The translations under genes and the position numbers were made by a program. From Octopus bimaculoides (Eukaryota), in the NCBI RefSeq assembly GCF_001194135.2, contig NC_068986.1, forward strand, positions 66,112,073 to 66,176,072: a DNA stretch of 64,000 bases, read 5' to 3'. Shown here in pieces: positions 1 through 14,234 of this stretch. How positions within the stretch are numbered: the stretch's first letter is position 1; every line of letters starts with the position of its first letter. The notes beneath the pieces were generated by a model. It searched no databases. It saw only the letters and a list, made by a program, of their open reading frames with translations, and was not told the origin of the DNA.

Positions 1-1066
1 ATTTTGTAACTTTGTTTTATAACTACACTGAGGAAGAATGGATCATTTTACAAGTGCTCTAATATTCATGAAGTAAAGCCAGAATGGAAGAAACCATTAT
101 TCAAAGATAACTGATGTATATGTTGCACATCTAAAAGGTTGTGTTGGCCTCAAACCACAAACCTGACTCAAATGCTTAACACAGAGAGGAACTCTGAGAA
201 AAGCATCCAGTGGTCAAATGGTAAGATTAAACCAGGTGAGAAATTAAGTCTGCAAACCAAGAACAGGTACAACCCAATAGATTTCTGCACTATTACCATC
301 TAACCAGTTTTATTCCTTGACATTCAAAGCTTAGTGTTAGGAAGGGTACCCAGTTTTAAAATGTAGTATCAGATAAAAAAATATGTACCTATTATTACTT
401 AATATAGAAAATGCATGTAAAACAGAAATAAACCATGGTCACGCAAGCACATGCACACAGTTTAGCTGTTTCTCTAATGTAGTCACATAGATATATGTAT
501 GCATAGATACCCAAATATAATTTAAATATAGAAACAAAGCACAAATAGAAAGAGCCAGAAATCATATGGGTAGGCAAATAAAAAACTGCTTGAGCAGCTG
601 TCACCACTTTACAGTGAGTATATGCATAAATACTAAGCAAGTGTTCTATTGTTGTACATGTAGTAGTGTTCAAAAGTGCAGGTGTAAGTGCATGTGTGTA
701 TGGATAATATGTATGCTTGCATTTGAGTGAAGATATGCTTGTATCTAAAGAAGGATATGCATGCATCCAAGCAAGGATACACACATCAAATTGAGAGTAA
801 TATACATCAGGAAGAGAGTGCCTGACTAGAAATTAAATCTGATCATGCAGAGGCATATACAGGTAGAGTCTCTATTGTAGCACAACATATTTTCAACAAA
901 ACAAAGAAACAATGATTTCCATTTAAAGCTGCTTCACTAAACCCATAAAGTTTGGTGAGGGAATCTCAGATTCTGCAGTAACTCTCTTTTTTTAACATAT
1001 CTTCATTGAAATAAACTTCATTTGTTTCAATTAAATTTGAAAATAATGAAGAATTATTAAAATAAT

Positions 1067-1294
1067 TTAACCCTTTAGAGTTCAGATAACTCTGTCAAAT
1101 GTAATGCTTATTAATTCACATTGTTTTGAATTAATTATGCATTTTCTTGCAGCCTTGAGATTTTGATGGTGTGATTGTTTATGCTTCAAATGACATTCTA
1201 GGGTAGGTGTGAGAGACCAGATCAGGCCAGTTTGACCATAAAGCAAGTAGAATATTTTGGCTAGGTATGGCCAGTTTAAATGCTAAAGGGTTAA
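1067..1294. mobile_element. TTAA-flanked piggyBac-type MITE (about 220 bp)
   Basis: TTAA|CCCTTTAG...CTAAAGGG|TTAA ends. Other copies are at 9768-9995, 25509-25660 (partial), 37339-37560, 43804-44570, 49637-49858, 51274-51497 and 57224-57700. Confidence 0.8.
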
Positions 1295-2139
1295 AAGTAG
1301 CAAGCTTGTGGAATCATGACCAAGCCAGGCAAAATGATTAGCGGCATTTCATCTGGCACTTTATGTTCTGAGCTCAAACGCTGCCAAAGTCCACTTTATC
1401 TTTCATCCATTCAGATTCCAATAAAATAAATAAAATAAGTACTAGTTGAGCACAAGAATTGATGTAATTGATTTCTTTCTTCGATCAAAATTGCTGGCCT
1501 TGAGCCAAACTAGAAAGGATTATCAATCTCAAGTTCAGAACATAAACTAACATGAAATTTTGATGCAAAGTTTTAGTTTAGATAATTTCAAAACACGAAC
1601 TTTTAATTTTAGAACCAAAGGTAGTCTCAGGCAGTTTGATATGAAAAGAGTCAAGCCTCAGTGATTCATGCAGTATAATATGAGTGTAAAACACTGCATA
1701 GGCAGAGATGTATAGAATCTTAGAAAGAGTATATTCATTTTAAATATTATCTTTTGACAAATTGTCTCTGTACCAGTTCTGGTTTAATTATCAGAGGCTT
1801 CAGAGATACTGCTCAGGGAGAGAAAGAAGAAAGGTGGAGAGAAAGGGCAGACACAACAGAAGATATAAGAGAAGACAATGGGAGGTGAGAAATAGTAGAA
1901 AAAGTGAAAAGATGGGAAAAGGGAACAAAAGAGGAAACAAAGGATGAAAGAGGAGTAAGCAAGGAAAGAGGCTAAAGAGATGAATGACAGTAAGGGTAGA
2001 GACAACAGTAGAAGGGGAAAAGAAGAAAGAAAAATATGAAAATGAGGTAAACGGTAAAAAAGGAGGTAAATGGGTGAGGCAGGAGGAAAAGTGCAAAGAA
2101 AGAAGAGAGAATAGAAATGAAAGTTTTGGAACAACTTAC

Positions 2140-2375
2140 ATTTTCATTGATATCCATCAATTTTTGATCAAGATCACTGACATTTTGGTCAAGAGTATCC
2201 AGCTTGCGTTTCTCCACATTGAGCTGAGACCGAAATGTATTTTCTACTTGAGCAATCTCTCTTTCAACTGAATTACGATTCACTTCAGAAGTTCTTACAG
2301 TATCCATGGCTCTACGGACAATTTGATCAGCTTTATCAGACATCTGCTTTGCCTCTAATGTTATGTTGTAGGCTC
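2140..2375 (-). CDS. LAMB1: Laminin beta exon 20 of window (coiled coil, up to the beta knob)
   Basis: TGACAG|GA GCC ... GAA AAT|GTAAGT, phase 1 to 0. Encodes (G)AYNITLEAKQMSDKADQIVRRAMDTVRTSEVNRNSVEREIAQVENTFRSQLNVEKRKLDTLDQNVSDLDQKLMDINEN. Confidence 0.92.
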
Positions 2376-4561
2376 CTGTCATGGAAACACATAATCACAA
2401 GTGTAAATACAAAACATATACAACATATATCTAATGGTCTACATTATCTTCAGTCTAAATAAGTAACACTTTGAGGATTTTCTTTCTTTTATTTCATCAG
2501 TCCCATTTACCACTGTTCTCAATATATTTTACATAAATTAAGTTTGAACTCAGGACATTTGTTGCTTATAGTGTAACGACATTCCTACATAATGGTAAGA
2601 GCAGTGTAAGCTTGCTGTTGATATAAAATATACAAGGTTCTAAGTTTAAATTTCATCTGCGTGTGTGTGAGAGAGAAAGAGAGTATGTGTGTGTTTGAAG
2701 AGACACCTGGTGGTGATCAAAGATTGGACCAACCAAAATAATATTAAGCAAACAAACATAAAATAAAAGGTTAATAATGTACAAAATAGAAATTACTGTC
2801 ACAGTAAGCCAGCTAGAAATTTAGGCACTGAAGAGAAAAATAACAAAGAAAAAGAAACAAAAGAAAATGTCAACAACTATAGCAAGGGCAACAACCACAC
2901 ATCTACTACCACAACATTGTAACACTGCCATACCAATACAATGTCAACAACAGCAAATACTAAAACAACATTGATACAACACCACACCACAACAAAACAA
3001 ATGTTAACACCACACCAAAACTCACCAATACCAACACAACACCAGCGATAATAGCATACCACAAATAAAAATGTGTCAATGCATAAGTGAAAGTATTGAG
3101 AGGTGAAACATTGAATTAGTGGAGAAGTTGACATTTGGGTCAATTTTCTTACTTTCCAGCATGGAGTGATGAAAAACTAAGCTGATTTGAATAAGATATT
3201 CATTAGTTGTGAAATTGTTATTGGTGCTGCTACACCATCATCAAAATTTTATTGTCTGTTTTCTATGCTAGCATTGGGTCGGATGACTTGATAGGAACTG
3301 GCAAGGTCAGAGGTCACAATGGATTCCATTGTCTATTTTGGCTTGGTTTCTATGGCTGGATGCCCTTCTTAATGCCAGCCACTCAACAGTGTACTGGGTG
3401 CTTTTTACGTGGCACCAGCACCAATGCTTTTTATGTCGCACGGTGATTTTAGGATCTCAGTATCAATTCAGGTACTCCATAAATACACTTGTGAGTGAGT
3501 ATGTGTAAACAGCATGTGACGGTAGTGATAGGGGGGTAGGGAGAGGAGGAGGGGGGTGTTAAGTCCCAGGTCAACCTTGATCAACTGGAACTATTACCAA
3601 AGGTATTACGTTGTTTTCCTATGAGCAGGGAACCAAGCTCCCTTGTTTGTTTACGTAGTAGTGATAGTAGTAGAGTGACAGGGAGAAAGTGGCAGTGGTA
3701 GTTAGTGTGACAGCAGAGTGGTGGTGGTGGTGGTGGTTGTGTAGCAGTAGTGTGTGTGGTAGTAGGGGTGAAGTGATCAGAGTGCATTGTGCAAGGTGGT
3801 TGTGTAACAGTTTACTATAGTGGTAGTAGGGTAGTGCTGAATAGTGATAGTAGAATCTAACTTTTATATCCTTCTATACGTTGGATATACTGATTTCAGG
3901 AAGCGAGGATAGACACAATTGTCTTCACATGATGTACTTCAAATTACTCCACTAAACACAATACTTCAATAAATACAAACTCAACTATCTCAACGGCTCC
4001 TATGACTTCTTTTCATCTCATCCAATATGCTACTTTTTATAAGAGATCAGCTAGTCTACTTTTCCAATCCCACAGGGGTGTCAATGACACACACCACAAC
4101 ATTAACAACATGGAAGTATCATTGCCATCATCAGTTCATCATCCAAGTTCACCTAACGAGAACCTTTACGTAATCCTTTCACTTGTTAAAAATAACAGCC
4201 AAACATCCAACAAATAACACAATATTGCCTTACATAAAGGGAAAAACACATTGGAAGGCAATAGATTGGCAGAATTGTTAGAGATTTGAAGATGTTTTGT
4301 GGCATTTATTCTGACTTTTTGCATTTTGACAGGAACACCTACAACAACACTTGTACTAAGCACTATCATCTTTTGACTTTGCCTTGGGAAACATCAATGA
4401 TGTGGAAAAAGAAGACTTGCATGCATAGACAACTGTTTTGCATACAATTACAAAATGTCCAATTATCCATCACACACACAAGACAGATTTGAACATGCCT
4501 CGCCAATTCAGCTGGAAGGTATTCCACCTCAACAATTATACATATAACAAATTTTACTTAC

Positions 4562-4746
4562 CTTCATAATCATTTTCTTTAATTGTCTGAGCACTATCAT
4601 TCAATTTGTTAGCTTTGTCTCGTAAATCTTTTATGTCTAGTTGCAAAGCTATCAATTTGTTCTTGTAATTCAATATGGTGTTAGAGGTGTCAAGTAATTT
4701 ATTTTCAGCATCATCAACTAATCTGTTATTGACACTCAAATTCTTC
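4562..4746 (-). CDS. LAMB1: Laminin beta exon 19 of window (coiled coil)
   Basis: ATTCAG|G AAG ... GAA G|GTAAGT, phase 2 to 1. Encodes KNLSVNNRLVDDAENKLLDTSNTILNYKNKLIALQLDIKDLRDKANKLNDSAQTIKENDYE, with a heptad pattern. Confidence 0.9.
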
Positions 4747-5065
4747 CTGAATAAACAGACAAAATACAACAATGCCTTATATAATATTGTTATTTGAGAA
4801 GAGTTTCTGTTTAGCTTAATTCAAGTGATGATAGTTATTATCATTATTGAATACCACAGTACAATGGCATGTAAATAGCAAGAACAGTTGATACATATAG
4901 TGCAGGCAGAGCTAGGTGAAGTTTTCTTGCAACCAGAGGATCAGAGTTCAATAGTTTGTAGCAGCTTGCTGGTCACATCTTTCAGTCTTATGAAGATATT
5001 TTACCCAATCTTCTAAGCTGTTTACACAGCCATCTCCTGCATTTGACATTTCCATAATTTTTAAA

Positions 5066-5137
<72 letters not shown>

Positions 5138-6204
5138 GGATGCAGGCATGGCTGTGTGGTAAGAAGTTTGCTTCATAGCCACATGGCTCTAAGTTCAGTC
5201 CTACTGTATGGCACCTTGAACAAGTGTTTTCTACTATAGCCTCAAGCCAACCAAAGTCTTGTGAATGGATTTAGCAGACAGGAACCGAAAGAAACCCATA
5301 GCACACACACACACACATATATACATACATGTGTGTCTTTGTGTCTGTGTTTGTCTCCCACTACTGCTCATAAGCAGTGTGTTTATGCCCCATTAACTTA
5401 GTGGCTTGGTGAAAGAACCAGTTGAACAAGTATCAGGCTTTAAAAAAAAATTAAGCACTGGGATCAATTTGTTTGACTAGGATTCTTCAAGGTGATACCC
5501 CAGCATGGACGCAGTGTAAATACTGAAACAAGATATATATACATATACATACATACACACACACACACACACATATATAAATATATATCCATTATATGGA
5601 ACAGAAGCAGTATTAGATTAAAATAGGTATCTGTGAATCAAACATAATGTAAATACATTGTTGAAAGGCAAATTTACAGTGGTTGCCAACCTTTAAGGTG
5701 GATGCTTTTTTTCTGTGCCACCAGTGCTAGTGATGTCACCATACAGCTTGCAAGACTATGAACCTCAAGTTGGGACAGGGGACTTTATGCTAGGACAATA
5801 AAAAGAAAGGGGTAAAGTATGAGAGAAAAGGGCTGGAGCAGAATAGATTTATTGCTGTAAAGGAGCAATATGACTACTCTTATTTTAGAAGAAGTGATTG
5901 GATGGAGGTGGAAGGTAATAAAAGAATTGTGGTGATAAGGTGTATGGGTCGACCTTCAAGGCTGAGGTTAAATGAGTGGGAAAGAAGGGTCAAGAGTGAG
6001 TGGAAAAATTAAGGATGTCTAATAATGCAGAGCAACAGAATAGAAATGATAACATTAAACAGGAGAAGAACAAAAGATAGATGACATGCTGTTGGATATA
6101 CACACACACACACACACACACAACCTCAAAAGGCAACATTCAATCCACACAAGTATTGAAATGTTGAGGTAAAAGTGATGATAATAACGTGTGCATACAC
6201 ACAC

Positions 6205-6589
6205 GTGGAGGCGCAATGGCCCAGTGGTTAGGGCAGCAGACTCGCAGTCATAGGATCGCGGTTTTGATTCCCAGACCGGGCGATGTGAGTGTTTATTGAG
6301 CAAAAACACCTAAAGCTCCACGAGGCTCCGGCAGGGGATGGTGGCGAACCCTGCTGTACTCTTTCACCACAACTTTCTCTCACACTTACTTCCTGTTTCT
6401 GTTGTGCCTGTAATTCAAAGGGTCAGCCTTGTCACACTGAGTCACGCTGAATATCCCCAAGAACTACGTTAAGGGTACACGTGTCTGTGGAGTGCTCAGC
6501 CACTTGCACGTTAATTTCACGAGCAGGCTGTTCCATTGATCGGATCAATTGGAACCCTCAATGTCGTAAGCGACGGAGTGCCAACAACA
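6205..6589 (+). mobile_element. tRNA-type SINE family B (other copies at about 13495-13805 minus; 46905-47210, 47790-47910, 53660-53870 plus)
   Basis: Head GGAGGCGCAATGGCCCAGTGGTTAGGGCAGC...GGTTTTGATTCCC and a shared 3' part ctgtggagtgctcagccacttgcacgttaatttcacgagcaggctgttcc...gagtgccaacaac. Confidence 0.8.
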
Positions 6590-7538
6590 TTCACACACAT
6601 ACATACATATAAAGGCTTCCACAGTTTCCATCTACCAAATTCCATCCACAAGGTATTGCTCAACATGAAGCTACAGTAACAGAAAACTACCCAAGTTGGC
6701 ACACAGTGGGCTTGAATCCAGGACAACATAATTGCAAAGTGCATCGCTTAACAAGATAACCATTTGCAATTTGTAAATGGTACTCTATGTGTACTCACTG
6801 TGCTACAATTAAAGGAGGGTTAACTTGGGAATGGATTTGATAGAAAGAAACTGAAAGAAAGTGTTAAATACATCATCATTATCATTCAATATCTGTTTCC
6901 ATGCTGGCATGGGTTGAACAGTTTAACAAGATTCAGTGAGCTTGTAGTGCAGCACCAAGTTCCAGCATTAGCTTTAACATTGTTTGTGTGGCTGGATGCC
7001 CGTCTTAATGCAAATCATTTTATACTGGGTGCTTTTGTTCACGTCATCAAACACTAGTAAGGGTGTCAAGTAACTTAGAAGAAAGAAAAAGAAAAAAAAC
7101 GGAAAAAGAAAAAGAAAAAAAACGGAAAAAGAAAAATTCTTTCCATCTAAATAGGGAGAGTAGTTGAGAGATGGTGTTTTATGCTAAATAGTGAAAGGCT
7201 AAAGTATGATAGAGTGACAAGCATAGGTGTCTTGCTATAGAGAAGATATATAGCAACACAACATTATATACGGGTGGGTGGAAGTAGTTGGGGAGATAAA
7301 GATGATATTGATTCAGTACCAGAGCAAACTCTCAAGATACATGAAGATGAGCATAAGAGAGGATATGAACAATGGATTGATAAGGGTAGTGGGTTGTACA
7401 ATAAGAGTTTGAGGGGGAATAACAAATAGTTAGAGATGGGGGTAGAGGTGAATATAGTGAGTGATGTACAAGGGTGGAACTGCAGCTGATAGTAAATATC
7501 AGTATGGAGAGGCAACAAGGTGAGTGAGATAGAAATAA

Positions 7539-7587
<49 letters not shown>

Positions 7588-7898
7588 TGTGTCTCTTCAT
7601 CTTGACATCATGGGATTGTTGTAAAATAAATGTTATTTCCAATAGTCTACAAAACATATCAGGCCATGGAGAAATATTACCTTATTTGGATACAGGTGAG
7701 GGTTGTCAATAGGAAGGGCATACAGCAGCAGAAAATTTACCTCAATAAATTCTGTCTAACCCATGCAATCATGGAAAAGTGAAAACTAAAAATGATGATG
7801 ATGACGATGACAACTTCACCATTTCCTGCAAACATTCATTCTACTATAGATTCAACTACTACATATTCAAATTTAAGTGAGTAACAACTAACACTTAC

Positions 7899-8079
7899 TT
7901 GATTGTTTCAAGCATTTTGTCTAATTCAGCAACAGTCTCTGATGAACCACCAACATCACTTATAATCTGCCTAACTTCATCCAAGTTCTCTCGCATTGCA
8001 CGGAATTCCTTTTCGAAAGCCCCCGCAGCACCAGTAATGGTGATATTCTTGACCTTGTTAACCATCTCATGAGTGCGAT
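7899..8079 (-). CDS. LAMB1: Laminin beta exon 18 of window (coiled coil)
   Basis: AATCAG|AT CGC ... ATC AA|GTAAGT, phase 1 to 2. Encodes (D)RTHEMVNKVKNITITGAAGAFEKEFRAMRENLDEVRQIISDVGGSSETVAELDKMLETI. Confidence 0.9.
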
Positions 8080-8848
8080 CTGATTACAAATATTTCAAAA
8101 ATTTAAAATCAATTATTACAACCATTACTAAAACCCAACAAATAAGAAACAGTTATTTTGTTGTTTGTTGTAGATGAGTTTGGAGACAGATTGCAAAAGA
8201 AATACAAAAACACAAATCCACACTGAAATATATGATAGAGTGATTGCTTCACTAACTCATGCTCTGACCTCAACTGCTAACCATCCCAGGTGTATCTCAA
8301 AGATTTGCAGAGGTCACACACCAACTAACTGATTGTGTTTGTTACAGGCACTACCAGAGCCTTCTTTTGGAAACAAAGGAGGGAACCAATCATGGGCTAT
8401 CAATAAACCTGGTCTGAATGCTAACAGTAGAGTCGACTCCACTAAAGGTATTCAAGGGATATGTAGCACATCCATTCAGCAGCTTTCTGTCTCCTCAATT
8501 CCACTCAAAAGTCTAGTGTCAACCTGGAGCAATAGAAGTATTTGCCCAAGATGCCACCCAGTAGGATCAAGCCAGGAACAATTTAGTTGAGAAACAAAAT
8601 TTGAAACCACATAGCCATACTTCCTTCACTTTTTGTGCTACACAACAGATTACTTCATAATAGTATCAAATGTGGATTCAGATTACATGATCTGAAGTTC
8701 AAGTCATATCTCTCATTTTGTAACCCTATAGAAGGAGAAAGAGAGTGCATAATTAAGCTTTGCCACAGTTTACTGCAGACAACTGAAGTTTCAAGAAACA
8801 ATTGCTTAAACAACATAGGTTTAAATTCGCAAGCTCAAGATTACTATT

Positions 8849-9154
8849 AGTTCAAATATGCTTGGGACATATTCAAACCCGTAAGAAAGCCATTCACTAT
8901 ATTTTGTCATGGAGAAAAGTTTTTGCTGTAGACAACTGGTGTAAATACACCAAAATCAGCTCACAGTACCACCCACCCAGACTGTGAGATGCAAACAATT
9001 CAGAATGCTTGCATCTCACAGTCCAGGTAGGTGGCACTGTGAGCTGATTCTAGTGTGTTTACACCATTTGTCTACAGCAAAAAATTTTCTCCATGACAAG
9101 ACACAGTGAATGGCTTTCTAATGGGTTTGAATATACCTCAAGCATGTTTGAACT
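8849..9154. repeat. Long palindrome: 146-bp inverted arms around a 14-nt loop
   Basis: Arms 8849-8994 and 9009-9154 align without gaps as reverse complements, for example ttgtcatggagaaaa-tttttgctgtagacaa-tggtgtaaa. Confidence 0.92.
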
Positions 9155-10610
9155 GGTAACAATGTTGTATTTATACACATCACTGCTTATCACTGCTACC
9201 CTGTAATTCGCAGAATTCATTTCTCCACAGTTAATGTAGTGATATGGCAATGAAATGGTCAAAAAAACATATTCCCTTTTTGTAATGGCATAGTTTAAAA
9301 AAGGTCATAAATAAACTGGAAAATAATTTCAATAGCTAGATATCTTTCAGATGAACAACACTGATCATAAGCCAAAGAGGGTGCTATGTGACCATTTGAC
9401 TTGCTGGAAAAAAGCAACCAGACTACTCTCAAATCATACATTACCATCTTTAAAAAAAGATAAATGGGAGATGTTGGCCTAGCGATACAAAATCAGGATG
9501 ATCATGATTGGAAGATTCATCTGGACTAGAGGTGACCTAAGGTTAAAGATCATTAATCATGAGTTTATGATAGAGCCTCTACATGCTACCTATAGCAGCC
9601 AGATCATACTTAATGTAGTCCAAGTTATATGCTGAGGTCATCAAAGCTAAAAAGTTTTGTTATTTTCATAGGCTTGCTCAATAAGACCTAAAGCTAAGCA
9701 ACAACATAAATTGTATACACGCATAATATTCAGGTGAGATAAGAAAGTGCTGAGTAGTTTACACTAATTAACTCTTTAGCATTCAGATTACTTGGTCAAG
9801 TGTGATGCTTCTTTATTCACAATGTTTTCAATTTAATCATAAATTATCTCGTAGCTTTGTAACTTCACTGCTGTGACTGTTTATTTTTAGAATGACATTG
9901 AAGAATAGATGTGACATGCCAGATCTGGCCAGTTTGAACACAAAACAAGTAGAATATTTAGGCTGGATATGGCCAGTTTAAATGCTTAAGAGTAATATAA
10001 TACCTTAATACCAAATGACCAAACATGAAGAAGCTGAAACCCACAGAAACATTTTTTTGATTATAACAAACAGAAAAAAATTTCATTTCACAAAACATTA
10101 CACAAAATAACTATAATAAAATTCTGTACAAATATCATTTATGATTGGAGTCATAGTCAAGTATTTCAATCTTGTTCATGTAAACAATTTGTTTATGTCG
10201 ATACATATTTGATGGTTCAATCCTACACTAAAGCAACAATAAATTATATTTAATTATAATATATTAGATGTACTTGCATAGCAAGTGACCTGATCTGAGA
10301 TTGTGTGCTGAAACAAAAGCAATTGCAGCATGGAAGGTGTTTATAAGCCATTTAAAAACACACAAAATCTGTTACATTCACTTCAACCATGACCTGTTCA
10401 CTGACAAAATTCCCTGTGCTGCATCTCAGCAGCATGGAATTTTGTCAATGAACAGGTCGCGGTCTCAAAGTGACGAAAATATTTTGGAAAATTGAATTTA
10501 AATGTTGAAGTTTGTGTGTTTTTGTGTGTTTTTAAATGGCTTATAAAACCTTCCATGCTGCAATTATAATATATTCAATTAGTTAAAAAGAAGTCCAAGC
10601 ATAAACTTAC

Positions 10611-10802
10611 CACTAAGATCACGTACAACTCTATCCCAATTATCAAAACATTCACCACATGATTTACAGTTAGGTAGTTTTCCAATAGTTCCACGGGCAC
10701 ATTTGTCACAATTGTGACCAGTGACACCAGGAATGCAAGTACACTGACCAGTTCGACGATTGCACTGTGTTGAGATTGAACCCTCTCGGCTACAATTGCA
10801 AG
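10611..10802 (-). CDS. LAMB1: Laminin beta exon 17 of window (LE13, start of coiled coil)
   Basis: TTACAG|CT TGC ... AGT G|GTAAGT, phase 1 to 1. Encodes (P)CNCSREGSISTQCNRRTGQCTCIPGVTGHNCDKCARGTIGKLPNCKSCGECFDNWDRVVRDLS, with the CxxCFxxW motif at the LE/coil junction. Confidence 0.95.
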
Positions 10803-11601
10803 CTGTAAAAGAAAAAAAAAATATCATTTGGAAAAGTTCCTTCTATTAGCATATATTTAAAAACAAAAGGCTGTTTTATTGAACAACTAATATATGTATA
10901 AGTTCATAAGATTTGATAAATCTTTACATCATGAGGAGATGAGCAGAGCAAGTTGTGATAAAAGGAAAATTTTCTCACTTTGGTGAGTATTGTCTGAAAC
11001 GTCAGCATCCTTGACTTTATCATGCAATCTTAATCAAAAGTTACAAACCTTTCTATATAATGTTTACTGACCAAGACCTGATTTAGTTTCTTCAGGACCT
11101 GATCTTATTTACTCAATATGTGTACACATATAAGGCAACAATCTGGCAGAAGTGTTACCGTGCCAGACAAAATTGCTTAGCAGCATTTCTTTTGATTTCA
11201 TGTTTAAATGACCACAAGGCTGACTGCCTTCCAAATTTTTAGGATCAATATAAAGTACCAGTTGACACTGGATCAATGTAATAGATTTAGCCACCGCCCC
11301 CTGGCCACTACAAAATTGCTGTCCCTGTATCAGAATTTGAAACTAAAATATGCACACACAAATATAGTTAAAAGAACCAATCCACTTAAACCAAGTTTCA
11401 ACATTTTGCCATATTAAATCTCTCATGATTTACATTTCCAGTTTTTTAATTTTTTTCCTTTTTTTCTAAATCATTAATAGTTTCCTGTCACAAAAAGTTT
11501 ATCTCACACATTTCTCACATAAAACAAAGTAGAAAATGACAAGCTAAACAACATACATTATATAAATATATAAACATGTGTGTGCATGTAAACATACATT
11601 T

Positions 11602-11634
<33 letters not shown>

Positions 11635-12661
11635 ATAAACATACATACACTCATGCGGTATTTTAAATTCTATACATTAACATTCCCAAATCATTAACAA
11701 TGGATTATTATTGCCCATCCCACAAATAGAAGCAAAAATACACATGTAATTACCAAACAAATAGACAAATGAATATATTTGTCATAGTTCTTTCCTATCC
11801 CACATCCAAAAACCATTTTGTTTTGAATCTAGCCTTATGAAATCTTAGGTCTAATGAAAAAGTAAAAATCCAATATCAGTTGAAAAGCAATTTGCCGTCA
11901 ATTTGCACAAAATAATATGCATTGTCAGAACTAATAAATGACATTTATCCTTTGTCTTTTATCTTTTACTTGTTTCAATAATCAGACTGCAGCCAAGTTG
12001 GGGCAATGCCATCGTAGGATTTTAGTCAAACAAATCAACCCCAGTACTTCTTTTTCTTTTAAACCTGGTACTTATTCTATCAGACCCTTTTACCAAACTA
12101 GTAAGTTTTGGGTATGTAAATACACCAACAATGGCTGGGGACAAACACACACAATAACACAAACACACACCTAGATTATATGATAGGCTTCTTTGAGTTT
12201 CCATCTACCAAATCCACTCAAAGCTTTGGTCAGCCTGAGGTCACATCGAAGACACTTGTTCTAGGTGCCACACACTGGAACCCAGACCTGTGTGATTGGG
12301 AAGAAAACTTCTTACCACACAGCCACACCTGCACCTATAAATAATCTTTTCTACTATAGGCACAAGGCCTGAAATCTTGTGGAAGGGAGCTAGTCAATTA
12401 CATTGATCCCAGAGCTCAACTAGTTCTTATTTTATCAACTCCAAAAGGATGAAAGGCAAAGTCAACTTTGGTAGAATTTGAACATAGAACCTAANNNNNN
12501 NNNNNNNNNNNNNNNNNNNNNNNNNNNNNNNNNNNNNNNNNNNNNNNNNNNNNNNNNNNNNNNNNNNNNNNNNNNNNNNNNNNNNNNNNNNNNNNNNNNN
12601 NNNNNNNNNNNNNNNNNNNNNNNNNNNNNNNNNNNNNNNNNNNNNNNNNNNNNNNNTATAT

Positions 12662-12890
12662 ATTGTGGCCGTTGCCAGTACCGCCTGACTGGCCTTCGTG
12701 TGGGTTACACATAAAAGCACCCACTACACTCTCTGAGTGGTTGGCATTAGGAAGGGCATCCAGCTGTAGAAACTCTGCCAAATCAGATTGGAGCCTGGTG
12801 TTGCCATCCAGTTTCACCAGTCCTCAGTCAAATCGTCCAACCCATGCTAGCATGGAAAGCGGACGTTAAACGATGATGATGATGATGATG

Positions 12891-12892
<2 letters not shown>
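12662..12892 (+). mobile_element. RTE LINE 3' end
   Basis: aaaagcacccactacactctctgagtggttggc...gcatggaaagcggacgttaaac(gat)n, near-identical to 50850-51030 and 55480-55658. Confidence 0.85.
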
Positions 12893-12943
<51 letters not shown>

Positions 12944-14234
12944 AACAAACACACAGAGTTACTGCCCTCCTTAGTGGAATGAAGGAACATGTCTTGCTCA
13001 CACATTCCACTTTGGCATGCTTTCTATGGATGGATACGTTTCTTAATACTAACTATTTTACAGGGTATACTGAATACACCCCATCAATGGCACTAGCACC
13101 AGAGAAGTTTTAATGTCCTCAGCAAGACTAAAGGATGCTCTATTTAACATTGCATCTGTTCATAATGTGACCTAATAGAGTGAACAAACAGAAGAGAGGG
13201 AGAGGTGATAGATGAGAGAGCACCAGAACATGAGGCTGAAAGAAGAAAGAAAGTGATGGGAATAACAAGAGTGATAGGAGTAGGAAGATGGTAAGGGAGG
13301 AAATGATGGAAAAGAGACAGTCATAAGCAGGTATACTGTTGCTGATAAGTAGACATAACAGAAAAACAGCACAAGTAGGGCGATGAAGTATAAGGGAGTG
13401 GCAGAGGAAGAGACAGTGATTAAAGAGGGAATAATAGTAGTGAAGAAGTAACATGGCAACAAAGGGTCCTTAAATACACACATGGGCACTCCATCAGTTA
13501 CAATGACAAGAGCTCCAATTGATCTAATCAATGGAACAGCCATCTCATGAAATTAATGTGCAATTGGCTGAACATTCCACAGACATTTGTACCCTTAACA
13601 TAGTTCACATGGAGATTCAGCATGACATAGAATGTAACAAGACTGGCCCTTTGAAATACAGGTACTACTCCTTTTTGCCAGCTGAACGAACTGAAGCAAT
13701 GTGAAATAAAGTGTTTTGCTCAAGGACACAAGACACTACCAGGAATTGAACTCACGACTTCACAATCATGAGCCAAGTACCCTAACTTCTAAGCCACATA
13801 CCTTCACCTCACACACACAGACATATATACGTACATAAATACATACATTATTCTTCGATACACAATATTACTACAGTGCTTCATTACTTTTGCTAACTTC
13901 ATCTGCCTCTGAAGCAATTCAGAAGATATATACAAGACAGAATGTACTGGGTGTGACATATATATATATCCATTATCATAAAATAAAAAGTTCTAGATTT
14001 TTGGTTAATAAAAGTTTACAGGTTGATTGTTACTGACAATGTTTTACATATTTACAATTCAAAATGGTCATCCTTTGCTTTCACCATAGCTCTTAATCTT
14101 TTCTCAACTGAAGTCTAAATAATGAGTAAACGTATATGGCATACCCAGTAAAACAAATTTAACAGTACACACCAAAAATGATTTTAATATAATGACATGC
14201 AATTATGTATTGATTGGAAGGACTAGGTACTTAC

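Noticed and set aside
1784-2134. Hydrophobic membrane-like ORFs (also 13140-13543, 48552-49046, 58314-58650)
   Set aside because: They are translations of CT/GA low-complexity tracts rich in F, L and S, with no splice or domain support.
10975-11007. Hammerhead-like TTGGTGAG-TATTGTCT-GAAACGTCAGC
   Set aside because: The 3' half fits (GAAA, ACGT, GUC), but the CUGANGA core has two changes, stem II is only 2 bp and stem I does not pair. At best it is a decayed relic.
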